This document shows positions 1 through 9,036 of a DNA stretch of 37,761 bases, piece after piece. The position numbers were made by a program, and so were the translations under genes. Location: contig CAJWWL010000002.1 of the NCBI GenBank assembly GCA_913048125.1, positions 1 through 37,761 of the forward strand, written 5' to 3'. The number at the start of each line of letters is the position of its first letter. The stretch's first letter is position 1. This DNA comes from an uncultured Opitutia bacterium. Its GTDB lineage: Bacteria; Verrucomicrobiota; Verrucomicrobiia; Opitutales; JABJCN01. The notes under the pieces are model-generated. The model searched no databases, had not been told where the DNA came from, and worked only from the letters and a program-made list of their open reading frames with translations.

Positions 1-1874
1 ATAGTAATGGGTTCAGTATTGTTGATTGATCCCATTGTAGAAAGGTCACTTACGTTTGCACCAGAGAAGCCGTTTTGCTGAACATACGCGACTCCGTCTA
101 AATACATCGTGAGAAGCTTTTGCGCACGATCAATTACTGCGACAAAGTGATGCCAATCAGTATCTAGGCCGGGTCCCTGACCTGCATGAGCAATATTGCT
201 AGAATTCGAAGCCACCCTAAACATCGTGTAGTTGTTGTTAAAGCAGGCTAAGATACCATTGTTTGTTCTGGTGTTTACTGAGGTGCCCTTAGCGATAAGA
301 GTCATGTAGGGGGCAGTGCTAGTATCTCGCATATACCATAGAGCAATTGAGTAGCTTTCCTCGAGTGGTTTTAATGCAGGAGCACTGGCATCAGTGATCT
401 GCAGATAGTCAGTCGTACCATTAAAATCGAGGGCGGCATAATCTCTCCCGTTAAGTGGATCATTACCCGAGGTCCATCCTGGGGTACCATTACCGCCCAA
501 AAGATCTGCGTTAAAACCATTACCGGAAGAATCGACGGCCACAGAACCTGCGGTTTCGTCTAGCTTTAACCAAAGGAGAAGTTGGGGAAGACCACTACCG
601 GAATAGTCGTCATCAGAAATGGTAATCTGAGAGTTATTGAGAGAGGAAAAATTGAATCCAGGGCTACCATTGCTGCGTGTCTCGTAGCCACTTGCGGAAA
701 CAGACCCATCTCCAGCAATGACAATATCAGGTGATGTGCTATCGATAGAGATACTTGGAGCATCATTTACGTTGATAACTGTAATGGAGAGGTTTGTGCT
801 TCCCATATCCCCAAAGGAATCCCTCACCGTGACAGAAATTTCGTATGCGTTGTTCTTATCTGCGTCCTCAGGAGCCTCGTAGCTAGGAGAGCTGATAAAG
901 GTCAACTGCCCGGTAGAGTTGTCTAGATTGAAAAGAGCCTGATCGTCCCCTGTAATTTGGTAGGTTATATCTCCATCAGCCACTGTTTCGAAATCAGGGT
1001 CAAGGAAGTCAACATAGGTGACTGGGTCGGTCCAGTTCTCCTGGACACTGAAAGCGGTTGTTGAGGGTTGTGTGATAGAGGGCGCTTCGTTAACATCAAC
1101 AATGGTTATCGCTATATCCTGAGTGGATTGTGTAGTACCATCACTAGCCTGGACTTGTACATCATAGACGTTGTTCGTCCCGTTGTCATTCGGGGCATCG
1201 TAGTCAGGAGGCTCCTTAAAAGTGAGCTCGCCTGAGGAGCTATCGATATCAAACAACGCCATGTCGTTGCCGCCGGTGAGGTTGTACGTTGTCGTGGCAC
1301 CTTCTGGATCAAAGGCGGTCACGGTCAGCGCCGATACATCGCTGGCGTTGCTGGTGGTCTTTTCGAGCCGGCTGATCGCAGCTGTGCTGGAGAAGGTGGG
1401 TGCTTCGTTGATGTCGGTGATGACAACCGTGTAGGTGACCGTTGCGCTCTCGCCGTCCTTGTCGGTGGCCTTCAGGATGATTTCGTAAGTGTTGTCTGCA
1501 TTGGAATCGCTGGGGCTGTCGAAGTCGGGCGCATTGGCGAAGTCCAACTGAAAGGAGCTTGCGTCGTCCACGTAGGTCAGGGTGAACTTGCCGGCATCGT
1601 TGCCGCCATTGACTTTCACCTCGTCGATGCCGGTGCCGTCAGTATTGATCACGTCACCACTGGCAATAATGGCCGTTGCATTCTCAGACTGGGTAATCTG
1701 ATAGGCTGGAGTGTTTCCCGAGCCAAAATCAAACGTCGGAACTGCGGATTGCCCTACATACGGCCAGCCCAAGGCCAAGGTTGATATGATTGTGTAACAA
1801 AGCCACGCGCGAGCACGCGAGGATGGGGCGGGCGCTTGGCTCCCGCATAGTGGGGTCGGGGTGATGCTTCTCAT
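1..1874 (-). CDS. Secreted cadherin-repeat / LamG-domain surface protein (start in window, 3' end runs off at position 1)
   Basis: Absent from the ORF track because no stop lies inside the window. Hand translation from the ATG at 1874-1872 gives MRSITPTPLCGSQAPAPSSRARAWLCYTIISTLALGWPYVGQS. Three cadherin-like modules follow, each ending in the inter-domain motif: VVITDINEAP (1398-1421), ITIVDVNEAP (1080-1109) and ITVINVNDAP (756-785). A LamG/concanavalin-like domain comes next (LLLWLKLDETAGSVAVDSSGNGFNADL ... WHHFVAVIDRAQKLLTMYLDGVAYV). I checked that the frame is open at both ends (codons 3-122 and 1398-1874). Confidence 0.8.
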   Translation of the reverse strand, partial: MRSITPTPLCGSQAPAPSSRARAWLCYTIISTLALGWPYVGQSAVPTFDFGSGNTPAYQITQSENATAIIASGDVINTDGTGIDEVKVNGGNDAGKFTLTYVDDASSFQLDFANAPDFDSPSDSNADNTYEIILKATDKDGESATVTYTVVITDINEAPTFSSTAAISRLEKTTSNASDVSALTVTAFDPEGATTTYNLTGGNDMALFDIDSSSGELTFKEPPDYDAPNDNGTNNVYDVQVQASDGTTQSTQDIAITIVDVNEAPSITQPSTTAFSVQENWTDPVTYVDFLDPDFETVADGDITYQITGDDQALFNLDNSTGQLTFISSPSYEAPEDADKNNAYEISVTVRDSFGDMGSTNLSITVINVNDAPSISIDSTSPDIVIAGDGSVSASGYETRSNGSPGFNFSSLNNSQITISDDDYSGSGLPQLLLWLKLDETAGSVAVDSSGNGFNADLLGGNGTPGWTSGNDPLNGRDYAALDFNGTTDYLQITDASAPALKPLEESYSIALWYMRDTSTAPYMTLIAKGTSVNTRTNNGILACFNNNYTMFRVASNSSNIAHAGQGPGLDTDWHHFVAVIDRAQKLLTMYLDGVAYVQQNGFSGANVSDLSTMGSINNTEPIT

Positions 1875-1997
1875 TGTCTGATCAAGAATGGAGCAGATAA
1901 AAGTGGGCTAATCCTATGAAAATGGCTCTAATGCTCAAGATTAAAATAGGACTACAGGTCTTGAGCAAAAAAGCCCTTCTCGCATTAGGAGAAACCA

Positions 1998-3734
1998 TCA
2001 ACGCTTGGAAGCCAATGCTGCTAGTGATGAGAATACTCGCATGAATAGTGCACCATCGAGTTTCTCTTGTTGCTCCACCTGTACCTGAGGCCATCCCGGA
2101 GGAGCCAAGGTCGCTTGACCAGATGGTCCATATCCCACACCGGTGAGTCGGAACTGGGGAAACTCAATTCCTTTAAGACTCCCCTCCCCTCCTAACTCGA
2201 ACTGCAGACGATCCAACTTTGGCTGACCAACTCGAGGCACAAGCCATGCGAAGCTACGTCCTCCAGGAGTGGCTACTGGCGCCAAGGGGCAAACGCCGAG
2301 CTTGCGCACCGTGTAGTCGAATAATAAACCCAATCCTTCTGGGGTTTTCAGAAAGGGAGAGTTGAGGAGACCTTCATTCTTACGCTTTGCGTGTTTAAAA
2401 GATGGTTCAATGGATGCATCAGCTGCGATGGAGAAAGTGCCATCTGGCTTCTTCTCTAGATTGAAACGTGGCGCGGGAATGGGCCCTGCCTGTGCAAATT
2501 GATAGATTTTTGCTTGGTCCTTCAAGTAGAGAGCGGATTCATTGCCGCCGGTACGGTAGGCAAACAAGAAGCCTTCTTTGTTGCGTACTGACACCTCAAG
2601 GTAGTTCTGGCTCTGCATCACACCGAGATAGACCCAGTATTTAACATCGGTACTGGATTCTTCGCGATACTCAAGAGTCGCCTGAAATACATCGAGACCT
2701 TCAAGCATGCCTTTGGTGAGACTGTGTAACGCCTCTATATGTAGATTCCGATTGGCAGGCAACTGTAGGATTCCCTCACCATATGCCTTGGCAGAAACCG
2801 CCCATGGACTCTGAGGGTGAAGTTTGAAGAGTTCTCCCAATGTCTTGACTGCTTCTGCGTCCTTACTTTGGGCAAACTGGCAACGAGCCATCCAGAAAAG
2901 TACTTGAGCCTCCTTCTGAGTATCTTGCGGTAATTTGGCGATGTGAGCAAGTGCACCAGAAAAATCTCTCGAGCGTAAGGAATCCTCGGCATGAATGCGG
3001 AGAATTCTGGGGTCGGCTTGTGCCTCAGCAGGCAAGCGGGCCATGAAAACTTTTTTAATAAAACGGGCGTCTGTATTGTCTTTGACCGCATTTAGCCTGA
3101 GGACTCGGTCAAGAGGGGCCAAGTTTCCGTCCATGCAGGCGTCCATAGTTTCAAGGGCCGGGCCTTGCTCCACTTCTATGCGCTTGAGGGACAGCTCCCG
3201 TCTAGCCATGGAGGCTAACTCTGTATCCTGAGTGATTTGCGAAAATGCATATGCTTTTAGAAGAAGCGAAAAGTCACCTGCTAGTTCGCTACTGCCCTTG
3301 AAGCGCATGAGACCAATTTTGAAGACTTGGCAAAATTTTTCGGGCAGTTCCGCAGGATTCTTCTCAAATTGCTGCTCGGTCCTTTCGTTGAGAAAGTTTC
3401 TAAAATCTTCAGCATCTTCAAATGTGGTGTATAGAAACCCTGCTTGGAAACTTTGCGGATAATCAAAAAGTAGACGCGCGCGTGCGGCATCTGCAATTGC
3501 ATTCGAGCCCATACTTGAAGAAACCGTGAAAAGATCAAAGGCCACTCGGGGGGCAAAGCGGTCACTGGCATTTTTTTCTAAAAACTGCCCAGCGGCCTTC
3601 AAGTACTCTTCACCGCGTCCTGAAGGTAAATAATCTTCTGGGATCGGCACCTGTGCAACAACGAGAAAAGGTGCAAGCGCCAAGGTAAAAAAAAGCAAAA
3701 GGGGATTAATGGTGAAATGGCCTTTAATCTTCAT
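1998..3734 (-). CDS. Exported hypothetical protein (helical/TPR-like N-half, beta-rich C-half)
   Basis: The ORF-track entry 1998..3743 begins at a TTG. The in-frame ATG at 3734 gives MKIKGHFTINPLLLFFTLALAPFLVVAQ, a signal peptide. It lies 9 nt downstream of the preceding gene's stop. I recognise no family. Confidence 0.7.
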   Translation of the reverse strand: MKIKGHFTINPLLLFFTLALAPFLVVAQVPIPEDYLPSGRGEEYLKAAGQFLEKNASDRFAPRVAFDLFTVSSSMGSNAIADAARARLLFDYPQSFQAGFLYTTFEDAEDFRNFLNERTEQQFEKNPAELPEKFCQVFKIGLMRFKGSSELAGDFSLLLKAYAFSQITQDTELASMARRELSLKRIEVEQGPALETMDACMDGNLAPLDRVLRLNAVKDNTDARFIKKVFMARLPAEAQADPRILRIHAEDSLRSRDFSGALAHIAKLPQDTQKEAQVLFWMARCQFAQSKDAEAVKTLGELFKLHPQSPWAVSAKAYGEGILQLPANRNLHIEALHSLTKGMLEGLDVFQATLEYREESSTDVKYWVYLGVMQSQNYLEVSVRNKEGFLFAYRTGGNESALYLKDQAKIYQFAQAGPIPAPRFNLEKKPDGTFSIAADASIEPSFKHAKRKNEGLLNSPFLKTPEGLGLLFDYTVRKLGVCPLAPVATPGGRSFAWLVPRVGQPKLDRLQFELGGEGSLKGIEFPQFRLTGVGYGPSGQATLAPPGWPQVQVEQQEKLDGALFMRVFSSLAALASKR

Positions 3735-3743
3735 AGTTATCAA

Positions 3744-4271
3744 TTAATCAGAGTGTAACAGGTTTCCATTTTCGTCCCATTCTGTGATACTGCGCCTCTT
3801 CCCTTGTTGCCAAACCTCCTGTGATTTGCGCTGGCCGTTTTGGTACCACTCCTCGAAGACTCCAACCAGCTGGTTGGCTTCGAATCGAGCTTCGAACTTC
3901 TTTGCGCCATCTTCAAAGAAACTAGACTCCAGACCATGACGTTGGCCCTCGAAGTAATGGACTTCACTAGAGAGTTGACCGTTTTCATAATGTTGAGTGG
4001 CTTTACCGGTAAAGACTTTCCCGCTGTGATAAGCGAGCCCTTTTGTATCGTCAAAAACCAGTTCCGTTGACTCTACAGTTGATTCTGGTGCAGACAATTG
4101 TGTTTGAGCAGGCTCCTCGACGGCTACTGGCTTTTCAGTTACGGCCTTGGGCACCTCGGGGAGTGTTTTCTGCTGTGGCCCAGAGGTGTTGGATTCCTCA
4201 GGCGAACGTGAGCATCCAAGCACTAATGCAAGATAGGCTGAGATAGCAAACGCGATAGCGAGGATGCGCAT
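3744..4271 (-). CDS. Lipoprotein with MORN-variant (YwqK-type) repeats
   Basis: The track ORF 3744..4400 overlaps the tRNA, so the start was moved to the internal ATG at 4271. This gives MRILAIAFAISAYLALVLGCS, a lipobox with Cys. The C-terminal part contains repeats of the type YENGQLSSEVHYFEGQRHG / FFEDGAKKFEARFEANQLVG / WYQNGQRKSQEVWQQGKRRS. Confidence 0.75.
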   Translation of the reverse strand: MRILAIAFAISAYLALVLGCSRSPEESNTSGPQQKTLPEVPKAVTEKPVAVEEPAQTQLSAPESTVESTELVFDDTKGLAYHSGKVFTGKATQHYENGQLSSEVHYFEGQRHGLESSFFEDGAKKFEARFEANQLVGVFEEWYQNGQRKSQEVWQQGKRRSITEWDENGNLLHSD

Positions 4272-4307
4272 TGAGCAGAGGGCGAGAGGGGGTATAGAAA
4301 TTCCAAA

Positions 4308-4381
4308 TGGTGCGGGCACTCGGGATCGAACCGAGGACGCAAGCTTGGAAGGCTCGAGTTTTACCACTAAACTATGCCCGC
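4308..4381 (-). tRNA. tRNA-Gly (anticodon UCC), CCA encoded
   Basis: The minus strand reads GCGGGCA TA GTTT AGTGGTA AAAC T CGAGC CTTCCAA GCTTG CGTC CTCGG TTCGATC CCGAG TGCCCGC A CCA. The cloverleaf is complete: 7-bp acceptor, 4-bp D stem, 5-bp anticodon stem with one G-U pair, and a 5-bp T stem with a TTCGATC loop. The anticodon is TCC. Confidence 0.92.
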
Positions 4382-4670
4382 ATAAATAGTGGGGAGACAT
4401 GCAAACAATCTTGAACGAAAGGTCAATATCGCATTTGGTCAGGCATGGATAGCTCAGCAGAAAACCAAGATGGGGTGAAAAAGGATAATCCAGAAATTAT
4501 CCTGACTCACAATAAGCCATACAAGGACTGGAAAGAAGAACGACAGCATCTTAGAAGTAAGTGGGGTGATCAAGGGCGCCAAATTGAACCGCCCGCCTCA
4601 TCTGAACAAAACGACACTTGAATTAGCCGAAATACATGGCAAATTATGTGCACACGTACTAATCTTCGCC

Positions 4671-5486
4671 ATGAATACTATCGCGCCCCTTTCTGTTGTA
4701 TTTCTTTTCTCTACGCTACTGAATATTACATACGCCAATGAGCCTGGCATCCCAAAAGAAATGCCCTACCCCGAAGGAATTGTTCTCGGCAGTACAGAGG
4801 CTGCAGTAACTGCAATCCTTGGCGAGCCAGAGAGCATCATAGAACTGGGCACACAAAAAACGATACAGTACCGCCTTGGCGAAGTGGTCTTCGAGAAAGA
4901 CCGTCTCATTCGGGCCAAGTTCGTATCCGAGGAGGAACGGGCTCGGGCAGAGGCCGATAAACAGGCTTTCCATCAAGAAGCAATCGCGCGTAAGGAGAAG
5001 TTGCGGGCCGAAAACTTAGAGCACGCCACCAAAATTCGAGACCAGAAGCTTCAAGACCCAGACTTTTTACTGGATACCCCAGAGAACCAATTGCGTTTCT
5101 GGAAAAACCTTAAACGACAATGCCCAGATTTGGATCTAAGTCTACAAATCCAAGAAGCCGTCCAGAATCTTAAGGAATTTCAGAAGTTAAAAATTGCACA
5201 TAGAATTCGAATGCTTGAAAATAAGGCAGCAGAACTTGAGGCGAAGGCAAACGAAGCTGAGAAAAAAGCTCTGGCGGCAGAAAAGAAGGTGATTCAGGCA
5301 GAAGCACGGCTAGAGCGAATCAAGCGAGAGACATCTAGATTTCCTATCATTAATCCGGTTGTCTATCCTCGAAGCACGGGTATTTATTTCGGCCCAAATG
5401 GCAGACAGGTGATCACGTATGATCCAGTGAGCGCGATCTGGAGGCCTGCCCAGATACGGCCTACGCTTCAAATCAATATCCGGTAA
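4671..5486 (+). CDS. Exported coiled-coil protein, function unknown
   Basis: The track ORF starts at a GTG at 4566. The ATG at 4671 gives a signal peptide, MNTIAPLSVVFLFSTLLNITYANEP. The middle of the protein is a charged heptad-like segment (AELEAKANEAEKKALAAEKKVIQAEARLERIKRE). The 3' end overlaps the convergent polyprenyl synthase gene by 14 nt. Confidence 0.6.
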   Translation: MNTIAPLSVVFLFSTLLNITYANEPGIPKEMPYPEGIVLGSTEAAVTAILGEPESIIELGTQKTIQYRLGEVVFEKDRLIRAKFVSEEERARAEADKQAFHQEAIARKEKLRAENLEHATKIRDQKLQDPDFLLDTPENQLRFWKNLKRQCPDLDLSLQIQEAVQNLKEFQKLKIAHRIRMLENKAAELEAKANEAEKKALAAEKKVIQAEARLERIKRETSRFPIINPVVYPRSTGIYFGPNGRQVITYDPVSAIWRPAQIRPTLQINIR

Positions 5487-6510
5487 TAAGTCGGCTGAAC
5501 TCTCCTTCGAGGAAGGAGACTAGCTGACAAAGTGCGGTGTTGGCAAATTTGTTGAGGTTGGCTCTCTCCAAGCCTTTGCTCGCGGCCTGAAGCTCGCGAA
5601 GAAAATATTCCTCCACCTCATGGAACACGTTGTTCTGTACCATGGCGGCGGTAACGGCATCTCGGGCTGCTTCGGAAGAGCCGGTTAACTTGTCCAGAAA
5701 CTGTAGTAGCGCATCAACACCCATCTGATCACGAAGGAGGAGAGCAGGTAATGTGAGCTTTCGAGAGGCTAAGTCGGTACCGAGTGTTTTGCCCAACTTG
5801 TCCTCTTTTCCAAGAAAGTCTGCAGCGTCGTCGAAAATCTGGTAAGCTCTACCAAGGTGTCGGCCAAAACTGGCCATGGCTTGGCTGCGAGAAAAGTTGT
5901 CTTCGTCCACCACGAGAGAACCAAGTAGACAGGAAACTCTAAAGAGTTCAGCTGTTTTCAGTTCGATGATATGAAGGTATTCGCCTACTTCTAGGTTGAT
6001 GTCTCCACGCAGATGTACCTGTCGAGTCTCTCCGGCACAAACTGCCCTAGTCGCTTGAGCGACCTCTTTGCAAACAACGGTGGTGGGATATTCTGCAGCT
6101 AGGCGCAGAGCTTGTGCAAACAAGGCGTCTCCAAGCAAAACTGCCACACAAGGTCCGTGTTCGTGATACACGGTAGGCTGACGACGGCGAATCTCTGCCT
6201 TATCCAAAATGTCATCGTGAACGAGTGTGGCGATATGGACCATCTCGATAACAGAAGCCGCGAGAACTTGGGATTCCTTGTAGGAATGGTCCTCCCCCAC
6301 TCCAGCATAATAGGTTAGAATTGGCCTGAGCCTCCGACCGCTGTTTTCAAGAGCATATTTAGCCAGTGAACGTATTTCTGGTTCGAAAGCCTCAACTTGG
6401 CCGAGAAGAAAACTGTTGAGGTCTGCCAAAAAAGCATCCGGAAGTAATAATCCGTCCGGACTGCCCTTGACCTCCTGTCTAGGTGTGAGTACTGGATTCT
6501 TCAATGACAT
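5473..6510 (-). CDS. Long-chain polyprenyl diphosphate synthase (trans-IPPS family)
   Basis: Both aspartate-rich motifs are present: LVHDDILDKAEIRRRQPT (first DDxxD plus the RRG-like region) and YQIFDDAADFLG (second DDxxD). Chain length cannot be called from sequence. Confidence 0.9.
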   Translation of the reverse strand: MSLKNPVLTPRQEVKGSPDGLLLPDAFLADLNSFLLGQVEAFEPEIRSLAKYALENSGRRLRPILTYYAGVGEDHSYKESQVLAASVIEMVHIATLVHDDILDKAEIRRRQPTVYHEHGPCVAVLLGDALFAQALRLAAEYPTTVVCKEVAQATRAVCAGETRQVHLRGDINLEVGEYLHIIELKTAELFRVSCLLGSLVVDEDNFSRSQAMASFGRHLGRAYQIFDDAADFLGKEDKLGKTLGTDLASRKLTLPALLLRDQMGVDALLQFLDKLTGSSEAARDAVTAAMVQNNVFHEVEEYFLRELQAASKGLERANLNKFANTALCQLVSFLEGEFSRLITGY

Positions 6511-6578
6511 CTCTAGGGTAAGGTATATTGTAAATCGGCAGTGAAACGAATTGAGACGGAAAGTGAGCCTTCATCGGC

Positions 6579-7208
6579 ATGTTGCCGTTAGGACAACAGG
6601 AAAACGGCATGAGTCAAGACGACCCTTTGGTATGTTTGGCATTGTTGGGCTGCGCAATTTGGATAGGTAAGCAGTGGCTGGAGGACTTTCGTAGCAAGGA
6701 TCCAAACGCCTTACCGGGTGCCACACCCTGCTCACAAACCGGAGTATGGATAGCAATAACAGGAGCTCTGGTGATTTTGGTTTTGGAGACATTTGGAGAG
6801 TTGATAACGAAGCTGGAGGAAGAACAGTCCACCATAGTCTGGTATTTTCTGGCTGCCATGGTAGCGGCGGCGGTTCTAGAGGAGCTCGTATTTCGTGGAT
6901 ATTTGGTAATCTCCAAAAGAGGCCGAGGTATACTTGTGGCAAGCGCGGTAGGCTTCTCACTGCTTTTTGCACTTGCCCACCCCTACCTTTGGACATTCAG
7001 CAAAGAAGAAGGACTAAGCATGCATTTAAGTAGTCACAAAGCATGGCTAACCACAGGATTCCTATACCTTAAGTCGCTTTGGTTCTACTACGTACGTTTT
7101 GCAAAATGGAACCCCCAGCAATCCTTGATACCCTGCGTGGTTGCGCATTTGGCAATCAACCTTGCCACCTTTGCTATAAAGGCGAGTCAAGGTAAGGTTA
7201 TTTGGTAG
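6579..7208 (+). CDS. CPBP-family (CAAX/Abi) intramembrane protease
   Basis: The protein is multi-pass hydrophobic and carries the family motifs EELVFRGY, FALAH and a distal H in VVAHLAINL. Confidence 0.85.
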   Translation: MLPLGQQENGMSQDDPLVCLALLGCAIWIGKQWLEDFRSKDPNALPGATPCSQTGVWIAITGALVILVLETFGELITKLEEEQSTIVWYFLAAMVAAAVLEELVFRGYLVISKRGRGILVASAVGFSLLFALAHPYLWTFSKEEGLSMHLSSHKAWLTTGFLYLKSLWFYYVRFAKWNPQQSLIPCVVAHLAINLATFAIKASQGKVIW

Positions 7209-7214
7209 GCGATC

Positions 7215-7637
7215 TTAAGGATTCCCTGTACCAGAGGTGCCACCAGTAGTGGTGTTGCCATCAGGATTTGAGTAGTCAGGTGGTATGCGACTGGCAATTA
7301 CACGAATTCTGCCAGTCTGTGTAAATTGATTGTCCCAGTCTACGCTCATGTCCCAAGTCACCTTGAGGCCTTCACCAGGCTGAATACCTGGGCCTGCAGC
7401 ACCAGTTACTGCAGTCGCTGTTAAAGGGTAAGTCGAGCCATTATCTACTGACCATTTGACGGTGATTGTACATGGCTGCCCATCCTTGACCTTAAGATCG
7501 AAAAAAATCTCCATGTTCTTTGTGTTAGCAACTTGCGCTGCCGTCACATTTTCAACTACTGGGGTTAGATCATCTTGCGCTCTGAGATGGATAGCAAAGA
7601 GCTGAAGGGCCAGAAAGGACAGGGCGATTTTTTTCAT
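7215..7637 (-). CDS. Small exported beta-rich protein, function unknown
   Basis: ATG start. The signal peptide is MKKIALSFLALQLFAIHLRAQ, followed by a single Ig/FN3-like body and a G/T-rich tail. The stop lies 6 nt from the convergent CPBP gene. Confidence 0.6.
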   Translation of the reverse strand: MKKIALSFLALQLFAIHLRAQDDLTPVVENVTAAQVANTKNMEIFFDLKVKDGQPCTITVKWSVDNGSTYPLTATAVTGAAGPGIQPGEGLKVTWDMSVDWDNQFTQTGRIRVIASRIPPDYSNPDGNTTTGGTSGTGNP

Positions 7638-7768
7638 CAGTAATATTTGCTAAGGGGGAGACTTTGATTGAGGAAAATCAGTAGTGGTATATTGTCATTA
7701 ACGTACTCAGGGCCTTTTCTGAAAGCAAGTAATTAAGAATGATGGGAGCCTTGGATCAAAGAAGAACC

Positions 7769-8962
7769 TCAGGCTGATAGTGCAGTGTTCAAGGTGAAAA
7801 AGAAACTTGCGCCCTCCCCTTGAATGCTCTCGCACCAGACAGTGCCTCCATGGAGTTGAACGATGTGCTTGACGATAGCAAGACCCAGACCGGTATCCCC
7901 GCTTTCCCTGGAGCGTGACTTGTCAACACGGTAGAATCGTTCGAAGATTCGGTCTAATGCATCCTGCGGAATACCAGTACCATTGTCCTCAACACAGATC
8001 TCTAAAAGGTTGGATAATCCGGGTTTACTAGAAATGGTGACATGGCTGCCAGTCACCGAATACTTCACGGCGTTGTCCAAAAGATTGAAGAAAACTTGCC
8101 GTAGTTGGTTTTCATCTGCTTGAAGGGTGAGATTCTTGGGCAGATTGTTATTCAGTTGGATACCCTGCTTGGACGCTTTGGATGAAAACTCCTCAATAAC
8201 GCCATCCACAAGAGCAACTAAGCTAACTTCAGCTAGGTCGAGTCGGTCTGTTTCAGACTCGAGTTTAGAAAGGGACAGAAGATCTTCGACTAGAAGTGTA
8301 AGTCGATCTGTATGCTTGGCGATGGTGAGCAAAAACCGGTCTAGTGATTTATGATCATTTTTCGCTCCATCAATCAAGGTTTCAACATAACCCTTGATCA
8401 TAGAAAGTGGGGTGCGCAACTCATGGCTGGCATTGGCAACAAATTCTCGCCGAGTGTTCTCTAATTGACGGATACGGGTAAGGTCGTGAAAGACCATTAT
8501 GAAACCCGAATGAATACCCTCTGCGTCTTTTACAGAAACTGCGTTGATGGAAAGTTGCCTCTCCTCCTGCCCAGGAAGGTTGACCTCGGAACCCATAATC
8601 CGGCTTTTATGCTCTAAGAAGTGTAGCATCGCCTCCAATTCATGCAGACGAAGACTCTCCATAATCGTACTCCCTACAGCGCGTTCTGCAGTTAGCCCAA
8701 ACATCTTTAGGAGGGTTTGATTAGCGTGCTGGATTCTACCTTTTTCATCCAAAAGCAAAACACCCTCAATCATACTGTCAAAAAGAGCGTTTTGCTGAGA
8801 ACCAACTTCTTTGCGAATCTCGTTACGCTCCTGCTCAAGTTGGTCACGCTCACGACGTAGCCAACTTAGAGCCTCCTTAGTCGAGTTATAACGACTCTGC
8901 CACCAAAAATGGAGAACTACCAAGGCAGTAGCCAGTAATAATGATGTGGTCATCCAAGGCAC
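7769..8962 (-). CDS. phoR: PhoR-type sensor histidine kinase (TM - PAS - HisKA - HATPase)
   Basis: It has an N-terminal TM segment (SLLLATALVVLHFWW) and a PAS-like region (MIEGVLLLDEKGRIQHANQTLLKMFG). The H-box is NASHELRTPLSMIKGYVETL. The ATPase N, G1 and G2 boxes are FNLLDNAVKY, DNGTGI and GDTGLGLAIV. The track start is a GTG at 8962; an alternative ATG lies at 8953. The gene symbol rests on context with phoB, pst and Pho-box-like repeats. Confidence 0.85.
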   Translation of the reverse strand: MPWMTTSLLLATALVVLHFWWQSRYNSTKEALSWLRRERDQLEQERNEIRKEVGSQQNALFDSMIEGVLLLDEKGRIQHANQTLLKMFGLTAERAVGSTIMESLRLHELEAMLHFLEHKSRIMGSEVNLPGQEERQLSINAVSVKDAEGIHSGFIMVFHDLTRIRQLENTRREFVANASHELRTPLSMIKGYVETLIDGAKNDHKSLDRFLLTIAKHTDRLTLLVEDLLSLSKLESETDRLDLAEVSLVALVDGVIEEFSSKASKQGIQLNNNLPKNLTLQADENQLRQVFFNLLDNAVKYSVTGSHVTISSKPGLSNLLEICVEDNGTGIPQDALDRIFERFYRVDKSRSRESGDTGLGLAIVKHIVQLHGGTVWCESIQGEGASFFFTLNTALSA

Positions 8963-9036
8963 GATTTATGATGCGTTGATTATAGGAGATAAACGTAACC
9001 TAGGTGCAGCCAAGGTTCTTGCAAGCTAGCTTGCTT

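Noticed and set aside
1933-1966. An 8-bp inverted repeat, GCTCAAGA-n18-TCTTGAGC, between the 578-aa gene and the cadherin gene, considered as a terminator
   Set aside because: For minus-strand transcription the T-run lies before the hairpin, not after it. The loop is 18 nt, and on the plus strand there is no gene to terminate. It may be a processing or stability element, but it is not a canonical terminator.
1-4381. A genomic island integrated at tRNA-Gly, suggested by accessory-looking surface genes and a GC shift next to a tRNA 3' end
   Set aside because: The window contains no integrase or recombinase, and I could spot no direct repeat of the tRNA 3' end. The GC anomaly is confined to the 5' third of one gene rather than the whole block. 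The left boundary is outside the window, so this cannot be tested here.
3744-4400. The 218-aa version of the MORN-repeat ORF given in the track
   Set aside because: Its first 43 codons run straight through the tRNA-Gly gene (4308-4381). The internal ATG at 4271 gives a clean lipoprotein signal peptide, so the long form is an artefact of longest-ORF calling.
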